A stretch of 64,000 bases of DNA from NCBI GenBank assembly GCA_023244815.1, contig JAHFLQ010000001.1:31037-95036 (forward strand), read 5' to 3'. A model generated the notes under the pieces. It searched no databases. It was not told the DNA's origin and saw only the letters and a list, made by a program, of their open reading frames with translations. The position numbers and the translations under genes are program-made. Numbering within the stretch: the first letter of the stretch is position 1; each line of letters opens with the position of its first letter. Below, one piece after another: positions 9,802 through 20,103 of this stretch. This stretch comes from a bacterium (GTDB lineage: Bacteria > Patescibacteriota > Minisyncoccia > UBA6257 > WO2-44-18).

Positions 9802-9918
9802 TAGTCCATTGAGATCTCAATAATACACATCCGCCCTCTAGGCGGACAAATGCGGACTATCAATGTCCGATCTTTTCTTCCAAATATAAAGCCCCACCAC
9901 CGGTGGGGCTTTTCTTTT
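9802..9918 (+). ncRNA. candidate structured leader or sRNA ending in a terminator, upstream of gdhA
   Basis: TATAAT at 9791-9796. TAGTCC/GGACTA closes two hairpins. Terminator AAAGCCCCACC-AC-CGGTGGGGCTTTT at 9888-9913. Confidence 0.4.
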
Positions 9919-9990
9919 CTCATTAATAAGCCTGTTTCCAAAAAGCAAGTTTTAAGTTATAGTGTGGGCGGAACATTTAGAGGAGAATAT

Positions 9991-11319
9991 ATGTTTATGA
10001 CCGCGTGGGATAACGTCAAGGATCGTTATGTGAAAGCCGCTTCTATTTTGCGCTTGGAAGATGAGATTATCAGCGAACTGCTCGGTTTCAAACAGCGTCT
10101 CTCGTTCGACATGATGGCGCAGGTGAATGGGAAGATGGAATCTCTGAAGGTAGTGCGTGTTCGGCACCGCGCGCCGTTGAAAAAGATGGCATACAAGGGA
10201 GGGTTGCGCTTCCTGAAGGGAACGACCCTTTCTTCGATGGAGAGCCATGCCGCGGAGATGTCAGTGAAGTGCTGGATTCACGAATTGCCATATGGCGGCG
10301 CCAAGGGTGGCGTCGATCTTGATCCGAGGCAGTGTTCGCCGAAAGAGCTGGAAGCGATCTCAAAGAAGCTCGTCGACGAACTCGATGAACGCGTGGCAAT
10401 CGGACCAGCACTCGATGTGCCGGCGCCGGATGTCGGCACCAACGCGACCATCATGTTCTGGATGGCCGAACACTACTCTTTCAAACATCCGCGCGAATTT
10501 TTCACTCACGGCGTGGTAACCGGAAAGCCGGTGGTAAGCGGCAATGAATCCATCAACCGATACCTCGGAGGCATTCATGGACGCAAAGAGGCGACTGGCT
10601 TTGGGGTGATGCGCACCCTGTCGGCGTTCCGAAACAAACTTTTTTCTTTTGGCGAAACGCCGACCATGATCATTCAAGGATTTGGAAATGTCGGTTCCCA
10701 TACCGCCAAATTTGCCGAACAGGAAGGGTTCCGGATCATCGGCGTGAGCGACGAGTTCGGAGCGATCCATAATTCCATGGGCATCAGCGTGGCTGATTTG
10801 GAAGCCTATTGCTCGGCAAGTAAACCACGTTCAGTTGTTGGTTACCCACGGGCGGAGGCAGTCGACAAAGAAGAGCTGTTGGAAATGCCATGCGATGTTC
10901 TGGTGCCGGCGGCTCTCGAAGAAGTGATCACTAAGGATAACGCGGCTGCGATTCGCGCCAAGGTCATTCTCGAGGGAGCAAACGGTCCGACAACTCCAGA
11001 AGCGGATGAAATCCTTGAAGATCGCAGAATCGTTGTTGTCCCGGACATCTTGGCCAACAGCTGCGGCGTTACGGTTTCCTACTTTGAGTGGGGGCGGAAT
11101 ACCGACCAAAGCGATCCCCGCATTCCGATGGAAAACGATGCCGGTAAGGTGCTGATGGCCGCCGGTACCATGATGGACGAAGCGAGTGCGGCTGTGCTGA
11201 GACGCGTGGAGAAGTACAAAATTGCTCCACGTCTCGCGGCGTACGTGTTTGCTCTGGAAAAAGCAGAGCTTCTGCGGGTCAGGCGTATGCCCGAGTATGC
11301 GATGAAGCTTTTCGGTTAG
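9991..11319 (+). CDS. gdhA: Glu/Leu/Phe/Val dehydrogenase (glutamate dehydrogenase-like)
   Basis: KGGLRF, GGAKGG, DVPAPDVGT, TGKP, QGFGNVG, EGANGP, VSYFEW. SD AGGAG precedes ATG 9991. Confidence 0.9.
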   Translation: MFMTAWDNVKDRYVKAASILRLEDEIISELLGFKQRLSFDMMAQVNGKMESLKVVRVRHRAPLKKMAYKGGLRFLKGTTLSSMESHAAEMSVKCWIHELPYGGAKGGVDLDPRQCSPKELEAISKKLVDELDERVAIGPALDVPAPDVGTNATIMFWMAEHYSFKHPREFFTHGVVTGKPVVSGNESINRYLGGIHGRKEATGFGVMRTLSAFRNKLFSFGETPTMIIQGFGNVGSHTAKFAEQEGFRIIGVSDEFGAIHNSMGISVADLEAYCSASKPRSVVGYPRAEAVDKEELLEMPCDVLVPAALEEVITKDNAAAIRAKVILEGANGPTTPEADEILEDRRIVVVPDILANSCGVTVSYFEWGRNTDQSDPRIPMENDAGKVLMAAGTMMDEASAAVLRRVEKYKIAPRLAAYVFALEKAELLRVRRMPEYAMKLFG

Positions 11320-11327
11320 ACTTTCTT

Positions 11328-11358
11328 AACCCGCCTTGGCTTGACCAGGCGGGTTTTT
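11328..11358 (+). terminator. intrinsic terminator
   Basis: AACCCGCCT...AGGCGGGTTTTT. Confidence 0.75.
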
Positions 11359-11393
11359 ATTTGTAATATTGTGACAGAACGTTGGAGGGCCTC

Positions 11394-11627
11394 ATGCAAA
11401 AATTCTCGGTAGTTCTGGAATTAGAAACACCCATGCATAATGGCGGTATCTCGGTCAGTAAATCCGAGATAAGCGTTATTGCGCCAGACGAGAATCGCGC
11501 GTCAGAAATCCTCAAAATCAATTTTGGCGACAGAATCCATAACGATCAAGTTTATGCCCCAATCTGCAAAGGTAAAGCTCCTAACAGTACCATAGAAGCT
11601 ATTTTGATCAGGCCGCTTGGGAAATAA
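11394..11627 (+). CDS. small hypothetical protein
   Basis: GGAGG precedes ATG 11394; followed by hairpin AAAGCGTCCGCCAGCTGGCGGACGCTTTTTTT. Confidence 0.55.
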   Translation: MQKFSVVLELETPMHNGGISVSKSEISVIAPDENRASEILKINFGDRIHNDQVYAPICKGKAPNSTIEAILIRPLGK

Positions 11628-11691
11628 TCTAAAGCGTCCGCCAGCTGGCGGACGCTTTTTTTATCCAAAAATTCAAACTATAATAGTAGCA

Positions 11692-13851
11692 ATGAACGAA
11701 TTGTCTTCTGCCTACGACCCAAAACTCACTGAAGATAAAATCTACAAACTTTGGGAGGATTCGGGGGTTTTCAATCCGGATAATCTGAAAGGCGCGAAGA
11801 AACCCTATGCCATTCATCTCCCACCGCCGAATGTAACCGGCTCGCTTCATATGGGGCATGCCCTCAATGCCACCATTACCGATATTCTGATCCGCTATCA
11901 TCGGATGCGCGGCTATAAAGCGGTTTGGTTCCCCGGCACCGATCATGCCGGTATCGCTACCCAGAGCGTGGTTGAAAAGCAGTTAAAGAAAGAGGGGATT
12001 AGCCGCTGGGATTTGGGACGCGAGAAATTTGTGGAAAAAGTTTGGGAGTGGAGGAATAAATATGGCAGCATTATCCTTGATCAGTTGAAAAAACTTGGTG
12101 TTTCAGCCGATTGGTCGCGCCTGCGGTTTACTATGGACCCGGCCTATGCCGAGTGGGTGAAAAAGGTTTTCATTCATTACTACGAAAAGGGGTGGATTTA
12201 TCGCGGCAAAAGATTGGTCAACTGGTGTACCGCCTGCCAAACTGCGCTTTCCGATCTGGAAATTGAATACAAGGAAGAAAAAGGCAAACTCTGGCACATA
12301 AAATATCCGCTCGCCGACAAAAGCGGGTTCGTAGTTGTCGCTACCACCCGTCCGGAAACGATGCTGGGTGATGCCGCCGTAGCGGTCAATCCGAAAGATA
12401 GGCGTTATGAAAAACTGGTTGGCAAAAAAGTTTTACTGCCGATCATTAATCGTGAAATACCTATTATCGCTGACGATGCGATCGATATGTTTTTTGGTAC
12501 GGGAGCTGTGAAGGTGACGCCGGCGCACGACCAGCTTGACTCGGAAATCGGCCAGCGACACAAGCTGCCCGCGTACGAGCTCATCAACGAGCGGGGCAAG
12601 ATGACCGACGAAGCTGGAAAAGATTTTACTGGCCTAAAAATCATCCAAGCGCGCGAGAAAGTGGTTGCCGAGTTAGAAAAACTGGGACTATTGGAAAAGA
12701 CCGAAGATCTAACTCATAATGTCGCAGTTTGCTACCGGTCCGGTACTGTACTCGAGCCGCTCTTAAGCAATCAGTGGTTTTTAAAAATGGAGAAGCTTGC
12801 CAGGGGAGCGCTCAAGGCGGTGAAGTCCGGCAAGACGAAGATAGTGCCGGAAAATTTTGAGAAGCCCTATTTTACCTGGCTGGAAAATGTCCGCGACTGG
12901 TGTATTTCCCGCCAGATCTGGTGGGGCCACCAGTTGCCGGTCTGGTTTCACGAGCCGAAGTGTGTTCCAAAAGACGGCCATGGTGGCAAGGATTTTGATA
13001 AGTGCGAGGAGACGATTGTTTCGACTACCGAGCCAGAATGTGAGTACTGCGATGCGAAATTCCTACAATCTACAGACGTTTTGGACACCTGGTTCTCATC
13101 CGCACTCTGGCCATTCGCCGGTTTTGATCCGAAAGAAGAAAAAGGAATTTTAAAGCAGTTTTACCCCTCCAGCGTCTTGGTAACCGCCAGAGACATTATC
13201 AATCTCTGGGTAGCGAGAATGATTTTTTCCGGGTTGGAATTTATGAAGAAAGCCCCCTTTCCGGAAGTATTGATTCACGCGACCATTCTTACCAAAGAGG
13301 GAAAGCGGATGTCCAAAAGCTTGGGTACCGGCATTGATCCGGTTGAGTTGATCGAAAAGTACGGAGCCGACGCGACGCGCTTCGGTATTATTTGGCAGGC
13401 AATGGGTACGCAAGATATTCATTGGGATGAGACAGCGGTGATGGCTGGTAAAAAATTTGCCAACAAGCTTTGGAATATTGCCAGATTTTATCAGAGCAAA
13501 ATCGGAAGCCCACAGCCCACAGCTCACAGCCTGCGACTGGAAAACGCAGAGGACAAGGTCATTATGGAAAAATTAAAAAATTTGCAAAGCGCGATCGATC
13601 AGAATGTAAAATCCTATGAACTTGGTCCCGGATTGCATAAAATTTACGAGTTTATCTGGCACGAGGTTGCGGATAAATACATAGAATCTGCCAAAAACCG
13701 GGAAGACGAAAATGTTAAACTGATTTTAAACCACTTGTTGCTGTCCTGTCTCAAGCTCCTCCACCCGTTCATGCCATTTATCACCGAGGAGATTTACCAG
13801 CGATTATTCGCGCAAGACAGCAGATTCTTGATGGTGGAGCAATGTTCCTAA
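11692..13851 (+). CDS. valS: valine--tRNA ligase (no C-terminal coiled coil)
   Basis: PPPNVTGSLHMGH, ATTRPETM, DWCISRQIWWGH, RMSKS, LLHPFMPFITEE. Confidence 0.96.
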   Translation: MNELSSAYDPKLTEDKIYKLWEDSGVFNPDNLKGAKKPYAIHLPPPNVTGSLHMGHALNATITDILIRYHRMRGYKAVWFPGTDHAGIATQSVVEKQLKKEGISRWDLGREKFVEKVWEWRNKYGSIILDQLKKLGVSADWSRLRFTMDPAYAEWVKKVFIHYYEKGWIYRGKRLVNWCTACQTALSDLEIEYKEEKGKLWHIKYPLADKSGFVVVATTRPETMLGDAAVAVNPKDRRYEKLVGKKVLLPIINREIPIIADDAIDMFFGTGAVKVTPAHDQLDSEIGQRHKLPAYELINERGKMTDEAGKDFTGLKIIQAREKVVAELEKLGLLEKTEDLTHNVAVCYRSGTVLEPLLSNQWFLKMEKLARGALKAVKSGKTKIVPENFEKPYFTWLENVRDWCISRQIWWGHQLPVWFHEPKCVPKDGHGGKDFDKCEETIVSTTEPECEYCDAKFLQSTDVLDTWFSSALWPFAGFDPKEEKGILKQFYPSSVLVTARDIINLWVARMIFSGLEFMKKAPFPEVLIHATILTKEGKRMSKSLGTGIDPVELIEKYGADATRFGIIWQAMGTQDIHWDETAVMAGKKFANKLWNIARFYQSKIGSPQPTAHSLRLENAEDKVIMEKLKNLQSAIDQNVKSYELGPGLHKIYEFIWHEVADKYIESAKNREDENVKLILNHLLLSCLKLLHPFMPFITEEIYQRLFAQDSRFLMVEQCS

Positions 13852-14531
13852 CTATTTTATTAGTTTTGCTCGGCATGATTCCAAGTCTGGCTTGGCTGAT
13901 TTTTTATCTTCACGAGGACATGGAACATCCCGAGCCGAAAATTTTAATTTTTTACACTTTTATCGCCGGTGCGGTGGTCACTCTTCTGGTGTTGGGATTC
14001 CAGTTCGCGGCCCATAGTTGGTTGCGCGCCCAGGGCATCGCCACCTACAGCTTCACCTCATTTCTTTTCCTAGCCGGCATAGAAGAAATTTTCAAATTTC
14101 TGGCAGTGTATCTGACTGTCAGCAGGCGGAAAGAATTTGATGAGCCGGTAGACGCGATGGTGTATATGATTGTCGCCGCTCTCGGTTTTGCCACCGTGGA
14201 GAACATAGGGTCTATTTTCCAGGCAAACGCCGCCCCTTATCTGAGCCCTGGCCCGATTGAGACGACTGTTTTACGTTTTGTTGGCGCCACTTTGCTCCAT
14301 ACTTTGACTTCCGGAGTAGTCGGTTTTTACTGGGGGAAAGCTCTTGCCAAGCACGGCAGTTATGCCGGACTGATAGTGAAAGGTCTGCTGCTCGCGACTT
14401 TGTTGCACACCATTTTCAACTACCTTATAATTAAATCAGAGCCTCTAGCATTGCCATTAGTCTTTCTACTGTTCGTCGGAATGTTCGTTCTGAGTGATTT
14501 CGAAAAACTTAAACATTCAAAGCAAATATGA
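13842..14531 (+). CDS. PrsW family intramembrane metalloprotease
   Basis: Multi-TM; IEEIFK, GFATVEN, LLH and HTIFN motifs. Confidence 0.88.
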   Translation: MFLTILLVLLGMIPSLAWLIFYLHEDMEHPEPKILIFYTFIAGAVVTLLVLGFQFAAHSWLRAQGIATYSFTSFLFLAGIEEIFKFLAVYLTVSRRKEFDEPVDAMVYMIVAALGFATVENIGSIFQANAAPYLSPGPIETTVLRFVGATLLHTLTSGVVGFYWGKALAKHGSYAGLIVKGLLLATLLHTIFNYLIIKSEPLALPLVFLLFVGMFVLSDFEKLKHSKQI

Positions 14532-15007
14532 ACGAAGAAGAAGTCCAAAATTTAGACGAAGAAATCCAGCCCGAAGGGGGTGCGGAAAATGAATCCGAGG
14601 TAGAACTTACCAAGGCGGGCGGTTCGGCGTTGAAAGAGCGGAAGATGAAAATGGATGAGGGACTTGATGATGAGGGTGACGGCCAGCTGACCATCGATCT
14701 TTATCAAACCCCCGATGAAATTATCTTAGAATCTCCGATTGCTGGCGTGAAGTCGGAGGATTTGGATATTTCCATTACCAACGAATCAGTTTCCATTTCC
14801 GGCAAGCGCGAGAAAGAGCGCAAGGTAAAAGACGAAGACTATTTTTATCAAGAAGCTTACTGGGGACGCTTTTCCCGATCCATAATTTTACCTCAAGAAG
14901 TAGATGCGGAAAAAGCCGAAGCGACTATCAAAAATGGAGTGCTGGTTATTAAACTGCCTAAACTAAACCGCCAACGCTCTAAGAAGTTGAAAGTTCAGTC
15001 AGAGTAG
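14528..15007 (+). CDS. Hsp20/alpha-crystallin family protein
   Basis: GRFSRSIILP, ATIKNGVLVIKLPK, acidic N-terminus. Confidence 0.92.
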   Translation: MNEEEVQNLDEEIQPEGGAENESEVELTKAGGSALKERKMKMDEGLDDEGDGQLTIDLYQTPDEIILESPIAGVKSEDLDISITNESVSISGKREKERKVKDEDYFYQEAYWGRFSRSIILPQEVDAEKAEATIKNGVLVIKLPKLNRQRSKKLKVQSE

Positions 15008-15128
15008 TCGGGCATTTACCAGGTAAGTAGAAACTCGAGTTTTCACTTTCTGGTTTACTTTTTTATTAAAAAATAGTAGTATCTAGGTGTAAGTTTTTGT
15101 ACATTGAAACTTCTTAAGGAATCATACT

Positions 15129-16067
15129 GTGTCGAAAGTCGCGCTAGTTTTGCCCGGAGGCGGATACCGAGGGGCGAAGCAAGTCGGCTTCGCCAAGGAA
15201 CTATTTGTACGCAAACAGCCGTCTATTATCCAGGGCGTTTCGGTTGGCGCTTTGAATGCCGCCGGGCTTGTGGAAATAGGCCCCGATGGCATAGAGGCGC
15301 GCTGGCGGGAGATTGAGCGAAAAGGCCCAAGCTCTATTTTCAACTGGATCAAAGCCCTTACCCGTTTTTTCTTCAGTAGCTATTTTTTTCCGGATAAGGG
15401 ATTGGCTGAGTTGGTGAATCAGATAGGCATAGAAAAAATCATCAATTCACCAATTGAGCTCCAGGTAGTGGTCCGCAATGAGAACACGAAAGAGAAGGTA
15501 GTTTTCAGCAGTCGCGACGATAGAATAATCAACAATCCGGAGATTTTGCGGAAAGCAATTAGGGCATCCGCCAGCCTGCCCGGGTTTTTCCCAGCCGTCG
15601 AAATTGAGGGCGAGTGGTATTCTGATGGCTACTATTTCGATCTGGAGGAGCTTGTTGATAACGACACTATTTGCGTTGTTTTCAATGACGACCCTGCTGC
15701 TATCAACAAGGACCTTCACGCGGCACACTGTTTTAAGCGCATGTTTGTTGGCTACGGCGAGGTTTTGGACGACATGATCGAGGAGAAGATCGATAATTTT
15801 CTCGAGCACCATTCAGAATTCAACGAATTTAAAGTTGATTCCAACCTGAATCCGATTTTGCGATCCGCTAAGAAGTTTATTGATCGGGGCAAGAAGCTGG
15901 TCGGTCTAGGGAAGCAGCTCATTGCCATAAGCCCTTCCTATAGTATCTCAACGCTGGAGTTAGACACCTTCAAGCCGCCAAACAAGAGCCAGGAAGGCGA
16001 CATTTCCAAGGCCATCCGTCTTAGCCAGGAGCAAGCCAAGCGACTGCTCGATCAGATTACTCTTTAA
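15129..16067 (+). CDS. patatin-like phospholipase
   Basis: GGGYRG, GVSVG (GxSxG), ASASLPGFFP, DG catalytic motif. Confidence 0.88.
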   Translation: MSKVALVLPGGGYRGAKQVGFAKELFVRKQPSIIQGVSVGALNAAGLVEIGPDGIEARWREIERKGPSSIFNWIKALTRFFFSSYFFPDKGLAELVNQIGIEKIINSPIELQVVVRNENTKEKVVFSSRDDRIINNPEILRKAIRASASLPGFFPAVEIEGEWYSDGYYFDLEELVDNDTICVVFNDDPAAINKDLHAAHCFKRMFVGYGEVLDDMIEEKIDNFLEHHSEFNEFKVDSNLNPILRSAKKFIDRGKKLVGLGKQLIAISPSYSISTLELDTFKPPNKSQEGDISKAIRLSQEQAKRLLDQITL

Positions 16068-16100
16068 GAAAATCCCTTTCCGCACGGAAGGGGATTTTTA
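16068..16100 (+). terminator. intrinsic terminator
   Basis: AAAATCCCTTTCCG-CA-CGGAAGGGGATTTTT. Confidence 0.75.
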
Positions 16101-16125
16101 TTTGGAAAAATTGTAAGATTAAAAC

Positions 16126-16632
16126 GTGACCAACGAATACTTTACTGATGCGATTATATTAGACAAAGAACCAATTGGCGAATCGGATCTTCAAATTACT
16201 TTATACACAAAAGATCTGGGGCGCATTACCACCAGGGCGGTAAGCGCGAGGAAAATCACCTCTAAGCTGGCAAGCCATCTTGAACCGCTTAACCTGGTGC
16301 AAGCACGGCTGGTTCAAAAGAACCGGTTTCAAGTGGTGGACGCGCTCTGCAATGGAGCATTGCCGAAAAATTCCGATTCGATTGCCGTTCTGCAATTAGT
16401 CAAAGACCTTACTGCCGAGGGCCAGCCCGACTACGAATTATGGGAGCTTCTTAAAAGCGGGCAAGCAACTGGAGCCTCGGTTTTGCGGGCGCTGGGATTT
16501 GATGGCCAGTTTGCTGTTTGCGAGAACTGCGGCAATCAGAACCCAAGTTATTTTTTGGTTAAACAGCTAGAATATTTTTGCGCGCCCTGCTTTGTTAAAT
16601 CTGGAAAACCGGTCAGTTTCGCGCTAGAATAA
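16126..16632 (+). CDS. recO: DNA repair protein RecO (short form)
   Basis: N-terminal OB fold (GESDLQITLYTKDLG, SKLASHLEP) and C-terminal CxxC...CxxC. Confidence 0.85.
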   Translation: MTNEYFTDAIILDKEPIGESDLQITLYTKDLGRITTRAVSARKITSKLASHLEPLNLVQARLVQKNRFQVVDALCNGALPKNSDSIAVLQLVKDLTAEGQPDYELWELLKSGQATGASVLRALGFDGQFAVCENCGNQNPSYFLVKQLEYFCAPCFVKSGKPVSFALE

Positions 16633-16641
16633 ATACTAACG

Positions 16642-18366
16642 ATGTCTGTCCGAGGTAAAGTCATTCTCATATTTTTAGTTGTCTTAATACTGGGCGGCGG
16701 AATGATCGCTTATTTTGCTTACCAGTCAAGCATTTCCAAGGGTTTGGAGATACAAATCACCGGTCCGGAAAAAGTTTTAATCGGAGTTCCTTTTGATCTT
16801 AAGGTGAACGTTGCCAATAGTTCCGAAAATTTGTTACAGCAAGCCCGACTCTCGGTGAATTTACCAGAAGGGATGGCGTTCGTTGGTTCGCCTCAGACGA
16901 AAAACGTGGATTTCCGCGACCTTGCCACGCTTGGCGCTGGAGGAGCGAGCCAGCAAATTTTCCGGCTGATCGCGCTCAATGGCGAGAACACTTTTAAAGA
17001 CATCAATGCCAGCGCCACCTACCTTTCTGGTTCTTTAAGTTCGCGCTTTCAAAAAAGCGTTGATTTCCAGTTAGCGATCGGCAATTACGGGATTACTTTG
17101 GATATAGCCACTCCCCAAAAAATTTTCAGCGGAGAATCTTTCGATTCCGAAATTACTTACAAAAACGTTTCCGGTGTTGATTTTGACAATCTTAAATTGA
17201 CAATGGATTATCCATTGACATTCAACTTAACTAAAGCTACCCTCAAGCCCGATATCGGCAATAATACCTGGCTGTTGGGCGGGCTTCGCAACGGATCAGA
17301 AGGGAAATTTAAAATTTCCGGCAATGTCATCGGGCCGGAAGGGGCCGCGTTCGACCTCAAGTCAATGATTGCCGCCAGTTTTCTCGGCCAGGAATATCCG
17401 ATCAGCGTTAACACGGCCACTCTTTCTATCGCTACTTCGCCACTTTCAATTCGGGTGGCGCTTAATGATAATCCTGAATATATCACTAACCCCGGCGACA
17501 CTTTGAATTACACGCTTACCTATGTGAATAATACCGATATTGGTTTGCGGGATGTGATTATAAAATCCCAACTTACCGGTACGCTGTTCGATTTCGGCCA
17601 GCTTTCCAGCAACGGCATCTTTCGTTCTACGGATAACACGCTGACCTGGAATGCTTCCAACGTTCCTGAACTGGGTACGCTGGCTCCGGGAGAATCCGGG
17701 TCGGTTACCTTTACAATCAAAGTTAAAAGCGCCTACCCGATCCGCCGTTTGAGCGACAAGAATTTCAGCCTTAAAATAAGGGCGACCATTGAATCGCCGA
17801 CGGTGCCCAGTTTCGTTCAGGCTGACCGCACTTTCAGTCTGGCCAGCTTAGAAACTAAAGTTGCCGGCAAATTAAAAATTGATTCCAAGGCCTATTTCCG
17901 TGACGCCGTTTCTGGAATAATCAATGAGGGGCCATTTCCTCCAAAAGTAAACCAGGTTACCGAATATACGGTTCATTGGCAGTTGACCAATTATGGTACA
18001 GACGCGAAAGATATTACCGTCAGCGCCTTTCTCGGAGGCAATGTAAAATTTACCGGAGTAGCTAAGGCCAGTGCCGGCGCTTCTGTGCCGACCTATAACG
18101 ATCGTACTCAGCAAATGACCTGGACGATTAGCCGTGTACCCGCGACGGTCGGCGTGATTTCTTCCCCATTGGAGGCTACTTTCCAGATAGCCGCGACGCC
18201 GTCTTCTTCCGACCTCAATACTTTTATGCCTCTTATTCAAGAAACTATTATTAGTGGAACAGATGAATTCACGAATGCTCAGCTTAATAGCGCGGATGGA
18301 CCAGTATCCACGCAATTGCCGGATGATCCGACAGTAGCGAATACGCCGGGCGTAGTTAAACAATAA
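16642..18366 (+). CDS. membrane-anchored protein with repeated Ig-like (DUF11-like) domains
   Basis: N-terminal TM; repeated PGDTLNYTLTYxN and LAPGESGSVTF beta-sandwich signatures. Confidence 0.75.
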   Translation: MSVRGKVILIFLVVLILGGGMIAYFAYQSSISKGLEIQITGPEKVLIGVPFDLKVNVANSSENLLQQARLSVNLPEGMAFVGSPQTKNVDFRDLATLGAGGASQQIFRLIALNGENTFKDINASATYLSGSLSSRFQKSVDFQLAIGNYGITLDIATPQKIFSGESFDSEITYKNVSGVDFDNLKLTMDYPLTFNLTKATLKPDIGNNTWLLGGLRNGSEGKFKISGNVIGPEGAAFDLKSMIAASFLGQEYPISVNTATLSIATSPLSIRVALNDNPEYITNPGDTLNYTLTYVNNTDIGLRDVIIKSQLTGTLFDFGQLSSNGIFRSTDNTLTWNASNVPELGTLAPGESGSVTFTIKVKSAYPIRRLSDKNFSLKIRATIESPTVPSFVQADRTFSLASLETKVAGKLKIDSKAYFRDAVSGIINEGPFPPKVNQVTEYTVHWQLTNYGTDAKDITVSAFLGGNVKFTGVAKASAGASVPTYNDRTQQMTWTISRVPATVGVISSPLEATFQIAATPSSSDLNTFMPLIQETIISGTDEFTNAQLNSADGPVSTQLPDDPTVANTPGVVKQ

Positions 18367-18370
18367 GATC

Positions 18371-19687
18371 ATGAACTTACTCGAAAAAATAGTTAATCTC
18401 TCTAAGCGTCGCGGATTCATATTTCCAGGATCCGAAATATACGGCGGTTTAGCTAATTCTTGGGATTATGGCCCGCTCGGCGCGGAGCTCAAAAAAAATA
18501 TTAAAGACGAGTGGTGGAAGCGGTTTGTCCATCAGCGCACCGACATGGTCGGCCTGGATGCCGCTTTGATGATGAATCCAAAGGTATGGGAGGCAAGCGG
18601 CCACGTCGCCGGTTTTTCCGACCCGCTAACGGAGTGCAAGAAATGCCACCATCGCTTTCGCGCCGATAAAGTGACCGGCAAAAAATGCCCTGACTGTGGT
18701 GGCGAGCTAACTGAGCCCAAGCAATTTAATTTAATGTTCCAGACTTTTATGGGGCCATCGCAGGAAAAATCCAGCGCGGTCTATCTGCGTCCGGAGACGG
18801 CACAGGCTATGTTCGTGGATTTCAAATCTATTTTGGAGACTACTCGCAAGCGTCTGCCGTTCGGTATCGCCCAAGTTGGCAAGGCCTTTCGCAACGAAAT
18901 AACCCCAGGCAATTTTATTTTCCGCACGCGCGAGTTCGAGCAAATGGAGATAGAGTATTTTGTCCGCCCGGATGAATGGGAAAAGTATTTTGAAAAATGG
19001 CTCAAAGAAATGAAGAAATGGCTCAAAGATTTGGGGGTTTCAGAAAAGAAACTGCACTATGCCGAAATTCCGGAAGGGGAGCGGGCGCACTACTCCAAGC
19101 GCACGGTGGATATTGAATATGATTATCCTTTTGGCAGAGAAGAACTCTATGGCCTAGCTTATCGCGGAGATTTTGATTTGCAAAATCATATGAAAGCAAG
19201 CGGACAGGATTTGAGTTATGCCGACCCGGAAAATCCCAAAGACAAATTTGTGCCGCACGTGATTGAACCGACCTGGGGCGTGGACCGCTCGGTGCTGGTG
19301 GCAATGCTGGAGGCTTACCATGAGGAAGAAGCACCGACGGCAGAAAAGGGCGAGAAGGAGCAGAGGACTGTGATGCGTTTCCCGAACTGGCTGGCGCCGA
19401 TTAAAGTCGCCGTTCTGCCGCTTTCCAAAAAGCCGGAGCTCGCGAAAATCGCCGAGCCCATCTACAAAGAGCTGACGCAAAAATTTGTCTGCGAATATGA
19501 CGAAACCCAGAGCATCGGCAAGCGCTACCGCCGCCAGGACGAGATCGGCACGCCGTATTGCGTGACGGTGGATTTTGACACCATTAAAGACAAAGCCGTT
19601 ACCGTGCGTGACCGCGACACGATGAAGCAGAAGCGGGTAAAGATTGCAAAGCTCGGAGGTTACCTAGGTGAGCAGTTGGCGAAATAA
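18371..19687 (+). CDS. glyS: glycine--tRNA ligase (alpha2 type)
   Basis: YDYGP-like WDYGPLG, LRPETAQ, FRNEITP, REFEQME, SIGKRYRRQDEIGTP. Confidence 0.95.
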   Translation: MNLLEKIVNLSKRRGFIFPGSEIYGGLANSWDYGPLGAELKKNIKDEWWKRFVHQRTDMVGLDAALMMNPKVWEASGHVAGFSDPLTECKKCHHRFRADKVTGKKCPDCGGELTEPKQFNLMFQTFMGPSQEKSSAVYLRPETAQAMFVDFKSILETTRKRLPFGIAQVGKAFRNEITPGNFIFRTREFEQMEIEYFVRPDEWEKYFEKWLKEMKKWLKDLGVSEKKLHYAEIPEGERAHYSKRTVDIEYDYPFGREELYGLAYRGDFDLQNHMKASGQDLSYADPENPKDKFVPHVIEPTWGVDRSVLVAMLEAYHEEEAPTAEKGEKEQRTVMRFPNWLAPIKVAVLPLSKKPELAKIAEPIYKELTQKFVCEYDETQSIGKRYRRQDEIGTPYCVTVDFDTIKDKAVTVRDRDTMKQKRVKIAKLGGYLGEQLAK

Positions 19688-19716
19688 AAAATCCCCTTAT
19701 TCGTAGGGGGATTTTA
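19685..19716. terminator. bidirectional terminator between convergent genes
   Basis: AAAATCCCCTTA-TTCG-TAGGGGGATTTT. Confidence 0.7.
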
Positions 19717-19720
19717 GGTC

Positions 19721-20002
19721 TTACGAGTCGGCTGACGGCTTTTTCAGAGCCGTTCCTAATCGGCGAGCGCGGCCAAACCAACCCAAGGCCAGCAAGAAAA
19801 AAATCACCGAGAGGCATACAAAGTACCAGCTGATCCTTGGTCTTACCATGGCAGAAGAAAAAATGAGCAGGGAGATCACCACATTTGCCAATCCTATGGT
19901 CAAGAAGCTCATCGGTTCCTCAGGCCTCGCCTTAAGCATCAGGTACCAGCTTAAGACATAGCACGCCATGGCCGACCCAAACAGCGCATCCTCCAGTTCC
20001 AT
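19721..20002 (-). CDS. small membrane hypothetical protein (3 TM)
   Basis: Hydrophobic 93-aa ORF with GGGAG SD. Confidence 0.6.
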   Translation of the reverse strand: MELEDALFGSAMACYVLSWYLMLKARPEEPMSFLTIGLANVVISLLIFSSAMVRPRISWYFVCLSVIFFLLALGWFGRARRLGTALKKPSADS

Positions 20003-20103
20003 CTGTCTCCCTACAATAAATGTACGTTACAGAGTTTATCACGGGGTTGTCAAAAGTCAAGTAGTACTGTCTTGGTAAGATAATTTTTGTTAAAATTACG
20101 CAT

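Noticed and set aside
15129-16067. Patatin as a CBASS (CapV-like) effector
   Set aside because: There is no CD-NTase or other defence gene adjacent; it is a solitary cassette.
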